DNA from: Macrostomum hystrix
Taxonomy: Eukaryota > Animalia > Platyhelminthes
Assembly (NCBI GenBank): GCA_950097015.1
Contig: CATNEN010000002.1
Location: forward strand, 7,130,001 to 7,194,000
DNA length: 64,000 nt
Direction: 5' to 3'
Shown: piece by piece, positions 25,066 to 38,424 of the stretch
Layout of the letters: each line of letters begins with the position of its first letter
Position numbering within the stretch: position 1 is the first letter of the stretch
The notes under the pieces: model-generated
Seen by the model: only the letters and a program-made list of their open reading frames with translations
Told to the model about the DNA's origin: nothing
Databases searched by the model: none
Made by a program: the position numbers and the translations under genes

Positions 25066-26979
25066 TGCTGATGACCTTACACATACAAGCAGGTTTTGGA
25101 AATTTTAACTGATCACTGAAATTATTGGATTTAAGCGTATTTTGCTTGCAGTTATTTTGGCAACACTCATATCATGATGATACATGTTAGATGTGCTGGA
25201 TAATGTCCAATAACTAATAGCACTTATTCCAATAATGCATGTAGATGAACCAATATCTTAAGGTTCTAAAAAATAAAAAATGGAATATTGGAAAATGGAA
25301 ACTTGCTTTAATTACAGGTCTATTTGAATTGGAACCTGAGCAGACCAGTGTGATTATACTAGTGCTAAATGTTTAAAGCTGGTAACATAATTAAAAAATA
25401 GATTTGCTAGCCTTGCTAATAACAGTAGAACTACCAAGTCGAGAGGAATTCCCCTTGACAATTTTTGTGCTGCACCCAAAAGGAGCAATGCAAACAAAAC
25501 TCATGAACATAGTCAATATTTTTCCCATAAGCACTTGAGCATTTCATACACCCCTTTATACAAATTGGCACTGCGCCTCAGTGCAGCCTTGCCAGGCCTT
25601 CAAAATGTATTAGCATGTCACCCGAATGTGCCTACATTATCTCCAACTTTGGTGGTCACGAACCTTTATCTAGATGGACTGCTAGACCTTCAAATGCAAA
25701 AAATGTGGAAATAGGCCACTAGGCCTACAAACCCCCTGGCACAAACTTCTCCAATTTCACTGCTCAAGCCCAAATATTAGTCACCACCCAATATGGTTAG
25801 CATTCAGGTGTTGCCAAAAAAGCTCAGTTTTGAACTGAAGATGTACCTGTTGGATGTGGCCAGCCACACTATTAAATTTTAGTCTTTCAATTATCAAAGG
25901 CAGGCCTAAAGTAGCTAAAATAGTAAATATATTAAACACAGTAAATAAAAAATGGGTTAGGCCTAGTATAAAAAAGCATAGGCCCTAACCTAAGCCTGTA
26001 TATTTTTAAAAGGTAGGCCTAAAGCCTAAGTATATTTAAAAAGTTAAAAATACTGAAGGCTCTTGACCTGGTTAATTTGTCTTCTTATCTTCATTTAGGA
26101 ATTTAGGATCTAGGATCATTTAGATTTAGGATCAGAAACCATTTAGGAATGTTCTTATCTCATTTAATGGAATTTTAAAACATATATATTATTAAGGATT
26201 GACATAGGTCCCTACCCCTAGGTCTATTTAAAACTAAATCTTACATTTTAGTCCTAACATTAAAATTTAAAAGGCTTTTCTAAGTATATAAAAACTTGGT
26301 TTATAATTATACTCTGTTACTAAACAAGCCGAAGCCACCTGCAACTAGGCTAGGCCTACTTGACCTAAAATATAATACAGTAGGCCTACAATAAAATTCT
26401 AAATTCTAAACCGCATTTATCACCCTCATGTCAAATAAAATAATAAATGTCAAAGCCTACAAAAATAAGCTTCAATACGCTAGATCTCTGAGACTAATAG
26501 TTTATCAGCAAACAAAAATCAAAATGGTGACACAATTTAGCTCATATAGTTCGCAGCAAAGAAATATTAGGCTAGGTCTAGAAAAGCATGTATAATAGAA
26601 AAATCTCCATGCACGACAGCTACATGCATTGTTACCAGCCCTTTGCTATTTACGGGCAAATATTTGTGCCCTATAACGGATGTATAGATGGCTCCATGCC
26701 CGCAAAATACGTTCATTATAATGTGCCCGCTAATTTCTGTGCTCAGAAATGTAAGAATCAGAAACCGAACAAAAAGTTAACATGGGTGTATTTTAGCTAC
26801 AAAGATTTTAGCATTTAGTATTAGCATTTTAGCATTTTAGCATTTAGATTTTAGTATTTTAGCACTAGAAAGAAACATTTTTAGAACTAAAAAATGTGAA
26901 AAACGAAAAACAAGCAACGTTCTTCAGTGATTCAGCATATATACTCCACGTTAGTCACTTGTAAAGGCGGACAGAAGAC

Positions 26980-28416
26980 TCACAGGTAGATCGAAAGCTT
27001 TGTACCATTTTTCTCCAGAACTACAGTAGGCTTCGGTTCGCAGTGTGGCTTGTTGGCCTCGGATTCAGACTTCTTGCACTCGGCAGTCTGTAACAATCTC
27101 CACCATGCGCTCACCCGCCTCAGCAGCATATGCCGACTTCTTGACAATAGCATGTTCAACAACGGAATCTGGCGTCTCAACTCTTGCCGTTCGGCACAGT
27201 AAGTTCTTAGTTCTCTGAAATCATTCGGCTCAGACCTCTCTTTTGACCCAAGGAGAGTACCTTCGTGTACCTCTGCACAGACTCGGCTTTTTTGTGTCCG
27301 GATACAACTTGAATGTGCTCGACAGACACATCACGGGCGGCAAGGTCAGTTATACTATTGGTCGAATGCAGTGATTAGTGTAGCATTTTGATAAGCCAGC
27401 CCGCATGGAAATCGTTTTCATCATGGAATCCAGCGTGTTTTTGCCCAACACCTCCTTGTTGGTGCAGACTTACCATTCACCAATCTGCCACTTCGCACGG
27501 GGGCGAGGGAACAGCGCTGTTCCCCCTGCCGGTAGCCTGCTTAGGTAGAGCTTAAGTGCCTGAACGGGGCATTTTGGGTCGCCAGTCAGCGCGAAAATTC
27601 CAATCTGCTTCATGCTTCCAAGACTGACAGCTTTCACACACTTCTCCTTTTTCTCCTTCAGCAGATCAACGAATTCCACGCCACTGGCATCCTTCCCGAA
27701 GACAATGTCTTTCCTGTCTAGTCCCCGGATCGCCTCCCTGCCACGGAAAGCAAAGTGCGACATGAGCAGGTAAAACACCTCGTCTTGCAGAGTCGTCGGG
27801 GTGGATCGGTCAAAGTACGACTGTAGTTGCGCCTAGTCCTCATCTTCGATGGCTGAAAGCCGGAGGACACTAAAGTAGTCTGCTTCTGGCGTAGGCTTCT
27901 AGTTATTGCCGCCTTGTAGGTTGTATCGAATTGAGCAAAAGCTGGATTCCCAATGATACCAGTTCCTACGGTAGATAGCAGGTGCCTGTGCAGACTGGCG
28001 CGAATGCAGGCCAAAGATGGTGGAGCGTAATTTGAACTGTCAGCCTTTTGCAGCCTCACGAAAAACAGTCGCAAATATTCGATAAGATATTTCGTCGGAA
28101 TGTCTCTCATCGCAACAGCAACGCCAACGTCCTTCTTCAGGAAGGCTTCAAACTTTGCGACCTGCTGAGTAGTTCGTGCAGCCGTAGATTTCACTTCAGC
28201 ATCAGTCTCCGCATCCCGCACTTCCTTCAATTGCTCCTCGGTGAGTGTAGAGTCCTCTCAATCAAATCCCATCAAATCGCTTGCCTGCGCTGCAGTAAGT
28301 CCGGTATGCGAGCCGACTTTGTCGCTTGGAGCAAACGCAGAGGAGAAAACAAAGTCGACCTCTTCTTTTGTTAGGCCACAGATGTCGTCTTCTTCTATCT
28401 TGTCCCAGCGTATCAT
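26980..28416 (-). mobile_element. Decayed Crypton-type element: DUF3504 tyrosine recombinase pseudogene
   Basis: Stitching frames gives YLIEYLRLFFVRLQKADSSNYAPPSLACIRASLHRHL, YFDRSTPTTLQDEVFYLLMSHFAFRGREAIR, CPVQALKLYLSRLP, LGKNTLDSMMKTISMRAGLSKCYTNHCIR and SGHKKAESVQRY. These carry the R...HxxR...GH...Y pattern of tyrosine recombinases. There are several stops and at least two frameshifts. Confidence 0.85.
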
Positions 28417-28439
28417 GTTTGTGTGTCGACGCGAATTAA

Positions 28440-28570
28440 AATATATATATAATTAAAATATATTAAAATATATATTATAATAATATTAAAATATTAAATT
28501 ATATTAAATTATATTATAAAATTATATTAAATTATATTAAATTATATTAAAATATGTTATAATTAAAACA
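28440..28570. repeat. AT-only low-complexity (ATATT)-like tract
   Basis: Almost pure A/T degenerate microsatellite just upstream of the Crypton ORF. Confidence 0.9.
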
Positions 28571-28990
28571 TATAGAAGAGCCCAACTGCATGGTCTGTCT
28601 GGGAAGCTCGTCCACTCAACTACTTTAACTACGAAGAATTAGTCTATGGTCAAAAGCCTCACTAGCACTCTATAGTCACGGTAGAGATTTAGCGCATCCA
28701 ACAAAAAAATCCGTCCACTTTTTCCTCCGATTTTTCTTAATTACCCTACACCTAATGTATGTTTAATGCTGTGAGTCGATATGCTTTTCGAGTGTCCTCG
28801 AAATGTCCACTGATATTTTAGTGGAGTCTTAGCATTTTTCCTTGCCTAGTTTTTTATAAATAGCAAAAAACAGGAAAGAATAGTATATTCTAACTCCCGA
28901 ATATAGTATATTCTTAACTCTATTAACTCCCGAATAGTCACTGAAACACAGGGCAGCTGCGAAAAGAAGGTTACTTATAATAAATCAGAG

Positions 28991-31900
28991 TTGATTATCA
29001 CCAGTTGGAACATAGATGGACTGATGCTCAGTGGAGAATGCAAAATGGAATCACCATGTTTCCACGAACATATTAGGAATAGAGACATAGTTTTCCTCTG
29101 TGAGACCCACGCCAAACAGGAGCAGCTAGACTCAAACACGCTGATAGATTTCACCTGCTTTGGAGCAGATGGAATCAAGGCAAGGGGAATCAACAAAGGT
29201 AGATTATCAAATGGCATGGTTTTCCTCGTTAAAAATAATATTGCAAAGAGAACCACATTAGTGCACAAATCTGACTTCGCTCTGGTACTAAAAATAAAGC
29301 AAAAGCAGTCTGAAGAACCCCTGTATATCTTAGGGTGCTATATCCCACCGGAAAATTCTAAATACTACAAAGAAGATATATGGGAGGAGATTAAATATCT
29401 CATCCAGCTCTTCTCAAGAGAGGGCTCCGTATTAACAGTAGGTGACTTCAATGCACGAACTGGCACATTACAGCCCAGCACTAGGGATAAGTTTCCCAGA
29501 CAGAATCAGGACTCTGAGAAAAACAAGCATGGATTAAGACTGATGGAAATGTGCTCCGAGACCAAGAGCACGATTCTGAACGGAATGACTCAGGGTGACA
29601 TTATGGGAAATTACACGTTTAGTAGCACACTAGGCCGAAGTACCATAGACTACGCTATTGCATCCATGGATAAAGTGGATATTATAAAAGACTTCTTTAT
29701 TCATCCTCAAAGCTTTCTGTCCAGACATTGCCCGCTAACAGTCACTCTGATCTTTCCTGATCATGTCCAACCAGAACACGCAAACCAGGAAAAACATGAA
29801 TCCTTCCCAATGCCTCCAAGATGGGACACTGAAACGCAGGGAAGTTACATTGAGGCATTGAATAACAAACAAAGCGAAGAAATAATTAGAAAGTTGCAAT
29901 CTATCGACGCACACGATGGAAAATCCCTGGAAAATTTGTTCTCGAGCTTGACCAACCTGCTTAGAGACTCAGTGGCAGAAAGCTGCGCAAAGACAATCAT
30001 TCCGAACAAGTTCTGGACAAATCGAGACGAGACACTAAGAAACTTGAGCAAATCATTAAAGTACGTGGCCAGGAAAAAAAGACGTAGACCAACTGACAGC
30101 GCGCTGGCATCAGAATATAATGGGCTAGCGAAAAAATACAAACAACAGCTCAAGAAACTTAAGCAGATGGACATAAATGACTGCATTCAGAAAATGGCGG
30201 CTAACGGAACCTCAAAGGGATTCTGGTCCGGTCTTAGAAGAGCAGAAGAGTTGCTGTTCCCCAGCAGGAGACTTAACAGATCTCAAGCCCCAATCGCTGA
30301 CATCGCGGACAACCTAACCAAAGTGTTTAACGCACATCCTTTTTCGGGAACCCAGCCGCGTCGCACAGATGAAGCAGTTAGTCCCGAAGATTTAATTAGC
30401 TGCGTAGATCTCGATAGAGCAGTTAAAAAGCTAAAGAGAAGAAAGGCTGCAGGAATAGATGGTATAACAAATGAGCACATTATCTACGGACAAGAGAAGC
30501 TAAAACCCGTACTTCTGAAGCTTTTTAACGCAAGCGTAAGACTCGGCCAGACTCCTGCACAGTGGTCAAATGCCCTAATCACACCGATTTATAAAAAGGG
30601 TTCCCGTAGTGACCCCAAAAACTACAGACCCATAAGCGTGCTGCCTGCCCTGGCTCGCCTGTTTGCCTCACTTATCTATGAAAAGCTAGAAACTCATATT
30701 CGCACCCTCGACTTGCTTTCAGCCAGTCAAATAGGAAATAGAAAGGGCTACCGAACTTCAGACCACATTGCCACTCTCTTGACGTTGATCCACAACAAAA
30801 AGCGTCGCAAAAGGCCATTTCACTTAGTGTTCTTTGACTTAAAAAGCGCATTTGACATGGTCCACCATCCAACACTTTTCCAACGACTTAGGGAGTTAAA
30901 GGTCAGCCCAGAAATAATCGAAGCAATACAAAGCATGTACTCAGGAGCTAAATTCCAACTGAAGATCTCAGATGGCCAAGCAACTAAGGCAAGGAGCATA
31001 ACAAATGGAGTAAGACAAGGCTGTCCCCTATCCCCTCTACTCTTCTCACTCTATATAGATCCTTTGAGCACAATGCTAAGGGATTCATTTCGCAGCGACA
31101 CCTTCATTAAAGATGAACAAATCAACAACTTGCTATACTGCGATGATTTAGTGATCTTTGGAGAGAATCCTCGAGAGTTGCAGAAGGGCCTCGATAAAGT
31201 GTCAGAATTTTGTCAGAGCCACAAGCTAGAAATCAATATGCAAAAAACTAAGGTTATTAGCTGTTGCCCTGACCCATCAAAGACGGCTAACAAACTATTT
31301 CTGCAGGGACAACTGTTAGATAGCGTCAAAGAATGGAAATATCTTGGCTTTCACATCAATGCTAAAGGAACCGTGGATTCCCATGCCACAGAGATTAACA
31401 AAAAATGTGGATATCCTATTCTTCTCTTAAGGAAATTAGCCAGCCATGGGGCGGTCAGATACAATCAGCTCATGCTGTACTGCACAGCAATGATAGAAAG
31501 CATAGCTCTGTACGCCTCTGAGGCCTGGGGGGCTTTTGTCTCGTGGAACCTGGGTCCTTGGGACCGCTGTCTTTTTGAAAGAGTAAACATCAGGTGCTGT
31601 AAAGCCATACTACAAGTCAGCCAAAATACGGATGGCAACGGGGCCCGCTCGGAGTTAGGCAGATTGCCTTTATTATACAACATCCAGAAAAGAAGCATTT
31701 CGTACTGGGCCTCCATAACAAGCCGGCCGGACTCCATAATTTCCAAGTTATTGGCGGACCAAACATACAGTGATGTTGGAATCAAAGCAAAGACCAACAA
31801 TGAGGTTATGCTGAACTGCAGAGGCATTAGTCCTGCAAAAGCAATTGGAAACCACAGGAAAAATTTCGTTTCTCAGTTCGATACCCATTGGAGACAAAGG

Positions 31901-32335
31901 ACACAGAACTCAAGCAAGCTAAGTCACTTCTATTACTCCTTTAAGCAATATTATTCAGCCGAAAAATATTTACAACAAATATACAACCCGGAGTGGAGAC
32001 GTACCATAGCCTCGTTTAGACTAGGAAACCATAAGCTAGCTTGCGAAACATTGCGAACTGCGAGACCGAAAATTCCGTATGCAAATAGATTATGTAGTAA
32101 GTGCAAAACAGAAGTTGAAAACGAGGTCCACTTCCTTTTTAAGTGCACTTGGAATAAGTATAGCGCAGTACGTTCGAAATTTGAGACGGAAGTTTCTGGG
32201 AAAACCCCCAATTTCATATCCTTAACAGCAGAAGAAAAATCTAACTACATAATGGCTCAAGACGATAGGGAAACCGCTGAAGCTTTAGCAAAATACATCA
32301 TAGAAATATCTAAAATAAGGGAACAGCTGCCCTGA
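28991..32335 (+). mobile_element. Non-LTR retrotransposon ORF2 (APE endonuclease + reverse transcriptase + C-terminal Cys/His motif), probably CR1/L2-group
   Basis: Uninterrupted 1114-aa frame. APE motifs: SWNIDGL, FLCETH, VGDFNAR, STIDY. RT motifs: KAAGIDGI, NYRPISVL, FFDLKSAFDMV, GVRQGCPLSPLLFSLYI, YCDD, KYLG. The C-terminus has RLGNHKLACE...CSKC...ENEVHFLFKC. Confidence 0.95.
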
Positions 32336-32588
32336 GACTACGAGATTTTACTAGCATTCAACAATAGATATTTCATAATTTGTTTTATCCCTGGCGTCCC
32401 TTGTGTTTTTACTGCTCTTATTTTTAATACCTTTGCTTTCCCTTCCCAGCTCGATATTTGATTCCTACTTAACTTCGCTTTTTATGTTGCTTTTCGTTGT
32501 TCATTTAAATGTGTTGTTAAAAAATATATATATAAAAAAATCAGCACCCATAGATGGCGTGCGCGTTTTAATAATAATAATAATAATA

Positions 32589-32698
32589 ATATTAGTACCC
32601 ATATGCTTTTAGGGCAAAAATCGGAAAGCCAGAGGCCGTTAGGCCGTCAGGCCGTTAGCATCCGATTTTTGCCCTAAGTTAACAATGGGTACTAATAT
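32589..32698. mobile_element. 110-bp palindromic MITE-like element adjoining a (TAA)n tract
   Basis: ATATTAGTACCCAT (32589-32602) pairs with ATGGGTACTAATAT (32685-32698); TTAGGGCAAAAATCGGA (32609-32625) pairs with TCCGATTTTTGCCCTAA (32661-32677). Confidence 0.7.
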
Positions 32699-34544
32699 AC
32701 TATTGTTGGACCAAACGTCTGGGTATCTTCAGTATAGATCGGCCTCAATGAGTGGAACGCGGCTGTGGGTTTGTGTTTCACTGAATGTGAGACTATCAAA
32801 ATGCAGGCGTGAAACGGACTGTGAAAACCCTGAGAATTCGGTACACCTAGCCGTGCTCTGTTATTATCTTTCATCTTTCATTTCATAGCTTTTATAGCTT
32901 TTAAAACGAAAATTACTTCTTTCAGAAACGCTTTCTCTTATTTAGCAATTGAGTGTAGAAAGTAAATAGCTCGTTGTTAGCACCGTGATTATCATCACAT
33001 TCATGCAGTCGTCCATATATGCACGGCACTGACCAGTCTGCTGTGAATCGTTCGATCCCGGCTTTCAGCCTCTTATAGGCCGGTATGCCTGACACTGACA
33101 ATGGAGACAGATATGATAGCCAAGCAGCGTGTCCAGATCCAGATCTTGCTCACATGTGGCTCTGGGTTTAGGGTATATTATAGCCAATGTCTTTTAATTT
33201 CGCTGCAACGCTTCATTTTTTTGTCCCCAGAAACTGAGTATCCCCAATCGGTAATGACCCTTTCCACCTTCGTGATTTACTACTATGGCGTGTGTGCTAC
33301 AGCTCCAAATAAAGTGCTATCGACGGGGCTCGCTTGGGACGCACTATAACAATATTGTGGAACGTAGTTTATCGCGGAACCGAAGATAAAGCCATTGCAT
33401 AATTGGGATACCTAATACATGGCTATTTGTACACTTGCATATACTTTGCTTAACTCTTCGATGCAAAGCGAGCAGATGATTTTCTGATTTTTATCGACAA
33501 ATTGCGAATTAGGAAGCGATCAGTTGCATATTTGATTGCCTGCTTAGCATTAGCTTCACCAATGCTTGAGATGACTCTTAAACGTTCCTCATAACGCGTA
33601 GCAATTTCGATGCCAGAAAAATGCAGAAACTTGTATAACTACGAGTTTAGTTATACAAAACTCCTCAGGTTTCACTCGTAGAATGCAGGAAAAATGTTTA
33701 TAATTAATCATAAGATTGATTAGAGAACAAAGCTATAGCCTGTAAAGTGTATTCCTAATGCAATGATTCACACTGGTTGTGCGCTGTATTTTTTAGAGAA
33801 CGCTCTCCTAGAGCTATAGTGCTTCTCTAAGCGATTGCAAAGCAACAGAAAATGCCACACCATTACACAGTTCTTCCATGCAAGTTCCAACCATGCAAGC
33901 AAAGACAGCATCCATCCATTATGCATTGGGCAATGCTAGCAGCTCTACTCAGAGAACTGCATTCTGTGGCACTTTGGCACATTCTTTAGCTCAGAAACTG
34001 CAAGGCATGCACATACATAGACCAAAGTTCTATACTTGTCATGTCCGAATGGCTTTCAAACATGCTCATAGAGCAAAATAGGCAGGGGATTTCAGAACGA
34101 TAATGCGGACCAAGATAGTTTTATTGTATAATGAACGGTTTTGTGTTCTCAAATTTCTTCTAAAGCCCCATTTCATTTTTGTCGGAAACAGTCTTTAAAT
34201 ATTTTAGAAAACTTTACTGAGATTTTAGTCAATGCTATTCTCTACTCTGAGGATTCGGCTTTGAAAATGCAAGAATTGTAAAGCATAAAAACACTTAAAA
34301 TTAGATAGATGAATGGCAGGCCAAATGAATGTTAAGAAAGTGTGTCTGATACGAAACTTCTTATTTCAATTTAACGCATTAGGTCAAATTTGCGGTTTTG
34401 GTGAGTTCAGTACAAAGACCAGCGGCGGAGTGAGGTGGGTGTATTTTGGGCCCTGCAAAGTGAGGTGGGTACAATTAAGTTGTCGGTGAAGTAGGTGCTG
34501 TCATTCGTAGGGTCATTCAGAAGCTGAGTCAGCAGCGAGAGTGC

Positions 34545-35443
34545 TTAAAACACAGACGGACACTCGCAGATGTAGCCATAAGCTGCGTTGCAGTGAGTAT
34601 CGTCCAGACCGCTGTTGAACGGAGCGTACAGACTGGCGCAACCCTGCCCCGGAGTTCCGGCGTCCGGCTGGAACGGCTCCCAAATGTTGTGGTCGATGGT
34701 GGTGTTGCAGGCGTCCCACACCCAGTTATCCTTCTTGTTGGCACTGCTAACTAGCTGATGGCCACCAAGGTGGTAGTTGATGCCGTTCGACTTCAGCGAT
34801 ATCAGCCAGGCCAGCTCGTCTGAGTCCTGAACGTCGGCCAGTTTAGCGAGGCCACCATCAGCGGCGCAGGCAGCTTTAGCGGCTGAAGATGTGAACGTAG
34901 GAGAGCTCACTACCTTGTAGGAGGTGCCATTGCTGTGGGAAAGGGTAGGTAAGAAAAAAGAAAAAGAAAGATTTTAAAGAAATTATTTAAGAAAAAATAG
35001 TTACTAGAAGCAAGACTTCGCGCCTACCGAGAATGCGAATATCCGGCCGGACAAAGACTACCAGGAGCTGCGCCAGCCAATCGACGCACGAAAATTTTGC
35101 CGCCATCGCTGCCGCAAGCAACCGTCGAGTCCCTGACTCCGTGGCTGCACTTGTCGAACAGGAACAGCCGGCACCGGCAGGCATTGAGAGGCTGGAAAGC
35201 CTGACAGCGATGGTTGGCGGTGCAGAGCAGAGCGCACTGTTGGACGCCGCAGAATCCGTTCAGAACTCGCTGAAATTCCGGCCTGACTCCGCATGCGACG
35301 CCAGCGCCAGCAACTTCATCGAAGCTCTGGCGCCATCTGCCCTGCTGGTCGGAGCAAGCTGCCGCACTATGCGGTTGCCTTGACAACACGAGCAGCAGTA
35401 GCAAATGCGATAGAGCAATTCTGAGAAGGAGTGAATGTGACAT
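34545..35443 (-). CDS. Secreted PAN/apple-like + C-type lectin domain protein
   Basis: Exon 35443-35028 has a signal peptide (MSHSLLLRIALSHLLLLLVLS) and the PAN-like Cys pattern QQCALLCTANHRCQAF...CRLF. Exon 34932-34545 has a CTLD (YKVV...AAKAACAADGG.LADV...YHLGG...WVW...WEPFQPD...CASL...LDDTHCNAAYGYICE). The phase-2 junction CG|C is compatible. Confidence 0.85.
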
Positions 35444-38424
35444 TGGGCTTCTAGCAGAGTAATTTTGATTAGGGCTTGACAATTGCCTCATTAGCAATTG
35501 TCAATCACTTTATCTCATGTTTTACCCGGGACAGCTAGTGGTTAGCTTTTGTGTGAGCCAATGCGAGAGAATGGTAGCCTTGGGTCGTAAATTGCTCATA
35601 CTCGTAGAAGAAAAATGTGTGAGTTGGGAGATGTGTGAGCCCTCCCCACTCCGCACGCCAGTAGCTTGCTCACAAGAATCTTGCCCACCAGCAGCTTGCT
35701 CACTAGCATCTTGCACTCGAGCATCTTGCCTACCAGATTCTTTCTCACTAACATCTTGCTCCTAGCATCTTACCCACCTGCAGCTTGCCCAAAAGCATCT
35801 TGCACACCAGTAGCTTTAGGGCGGTCCGGGAGGAACGCAGCGGGAAGGCGATGTCGCCCATTCCTCTAAACCCTGAACGATGAGAATGGGTGGTGGGCTG
35901 ACGTGGCGTTAAGGCCAGGAAAAAATCCCTGGCCGCGTCACAAAACCATCAGGTAAGTTAAAAAGATCCCTCGAGGCTGGCTCGACACCGAGAGGGGTAA
36001 CCGCCAGCGACAGGCATACTCCCCTGGAAAAAGGCACTGATGGGAAAAATATCAGTCTGTTGTCACAAAAAGTAGTCAGTAGACAGCATTTGGTGTTAAG
36101 TAGCTGGCCAATTAAAGGCTCCAATTATCGTATATAACAGTACTTCGCATCAGACAGTTTGGGAGATACTGCCCCTGCTCAGACAGCATCATACACCACG
36201 GAAGCATTGTGACCAGCTACAAGTGAGTTTTGATGATGAAAGTCTTCAAATAAAAGCATTTTTGCTGCACGCGCTATGCATTTGACATTTTACTGAATTG
36301 TGAGTTAATTTTTTCAGTGAAGTGATGTGGAGTGTGCTGCGGGAATCGAGTGGGAGTGTGAGCCAGCATAATTTTTCAAATTTTTAAGTGTCTAATAATT
36401 GCGACCCACATAGCAGCTGGCCGCAAACACGATCATTAATCTTAGGGCCGGGTTTTGGGCGGCGGTGAATTAAGTAGCCGTCGAATCCCTTCTCCCTGGA
36501 TCTGTCTAGACCCCTGTAGGAATGACTGATCGCGTCCACAGCTTTTATTGTATGAGTAGTTTAGGTCATAATTCTCCTCCAAACCGCGATCAGATATAGG
36601 GGATCACTCGGGCGTTATGAGTGATCATTAATTCTTCATGTCCCCACTTCTTTACAGTATTCGAGCCCAGCTCGACTTTATGACCTCCCTCCTTTAGATA
36701 CATGTAAATGTCACTGTAGGCAGGTCGGCGCCTGCGCTTCCCATTGTCCTGGCGGAGTAACAATCATTGGCCGACTGCCGACGGCTGTTCGAGCAGAACA
36801 TCTGTCGTTTCCCGCAGTCGGTTCATTGGGTAATCGGGGTGGCCATCGCCGCTTCGATTCCCCGTTGACAGGCTGGCGCGAATGTGGGTTGCTTTGATGG
36901 ATGTCGGGATTGGCGTGCTGCAAGGCCTATTTAAGCAAGCGCGCTGCGCTGCTCCCTCTAGGACCTTTTTCTCCCGCCGGCTCTTCCCCTTCTCCCCTGC
37001 CGGACTTACTTTTGCCGGGCCGGACTCCCACCGGACCCAGAGCACCTTTCCGGACCCACGTAGGGCATAGACCCCTGAGCCTTGAGCTCCGAGCAGATAG
37101 TGCAGGCCAATTGCCTGCTTCCATCCCCTAAGCGCAAGCCACCTCTTTAGGTGAGCTCCAAATTGAGCCTCTGAGCTCCCAGTGTGTTGGCCCCTGCCAA
37201 CTCGCAGAAGTTTCCTCCCTCTGCCTTACTGTCTTGCCCATCCTTTCTCCCCGAGAACAACGGGACTGCAGCACGCGGCCAAACGAGATCCAGCTAAGTA
37301 ATCCGCGCAGCGGTTTATTATTGTTAATCCTAAGGGACATTTTACTTTTAGTTAGGCGACACTTAGCGGGAGGGGAGCTAGGAATTGTTTAGCCTAATAA
37401 ACCATCTAACTTACCGCCATCATTTAACTTATTGGGCTGCTTTTAAAACCAACTTAATTATTTTACTATGTCTCTTTTTCACCTTTATTTTATCGTTAGA
37501 CAGCCCTCGATCATGAGTGGCTAATTCATTAGGGGGTGGGCTCTGGTGATGCCTAGCTGACAGCTGCGGCAGGAGGACAACTGTGAGCGCGCATGAGAGT
37601 AATAAGGAGCTAGGGATTTGCGAGTAAAATGCGGAGTGTAGCATGTGTTTCTCTGCTAGGGGTGGGGAATTCCTTGGCGGGTTTTTCCTCTCTTCCTGGC
37701 GGATCAAGGAGTACGTGTCAAACTCCCCTGCCAATTGAGTTTCTCCTCTGTTCCCCGCCTTTCGCAACTGCCGCCACGGAAGCGAGGGCGATGATCAATT
37801 AATCTTTCGCTTGCATAATCACTCAGCCAGAGTTCTGCTTAACCTCTCCTGCCTCTGATTTCCTCATCTCACACAGATTCGGATTTGCTAGTTATTTAAT
37901 GTGTAGGCTGCAATCTAATGTAAGGAATGTGCCTGATGTTTCACGAGTAGGTTTCCGGCTATGGATCTTCATTCGAGTTCTGAGTACCACCTTTCTAGAC
38001 CACTGTAGCGCAAATTCAGGAATCCCCTGGTGAGGCGTGTCTCGATCCATTCTGGGGTCTTCACCCTAGTCTAAAACGGAAGTTACAGAAGGCTCTATTT
38101 TTCGGCTTGTCTAAGATCTGCGTGACAAACTAGGAGCTGCGAGCTCCGGGGACCCAAGTTCCCAAATGTCTGCGGTGGCAACGTAGGCGCATTGGGTGGT
38201 GGCGCTACCCTAGATCAGTTTCCGCTTTGCCGATAGCCTTTCCGCATTTCTAAGACAAGAGCCTAGGCCGCGTCGACCACTGCTACCAAGGTTAGGGGTC
38301 AGTTACGAACATGCTACTGATGACAGTAGGCTACATAGCCCTGTCCTATCCGCTTGCGGGTAGTCCGACATCTATTTAGACTTTTAGCCGGTTTCGAGCA
38401 CTGCTTGGGGTAGGCACGGCAGTC

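Noticed and set aside
25060-25110. CTGATGA motif as a hammerhead ribozyme core (also CTGAAGA at ~43297)
   Set aside because: No properly placed stem II plus GAAA or flanking stems could be formed.
29845-32217. Antisense ORFs within the LINE
   Set aside because: They are shadow frames of the long plus-strand ORF.
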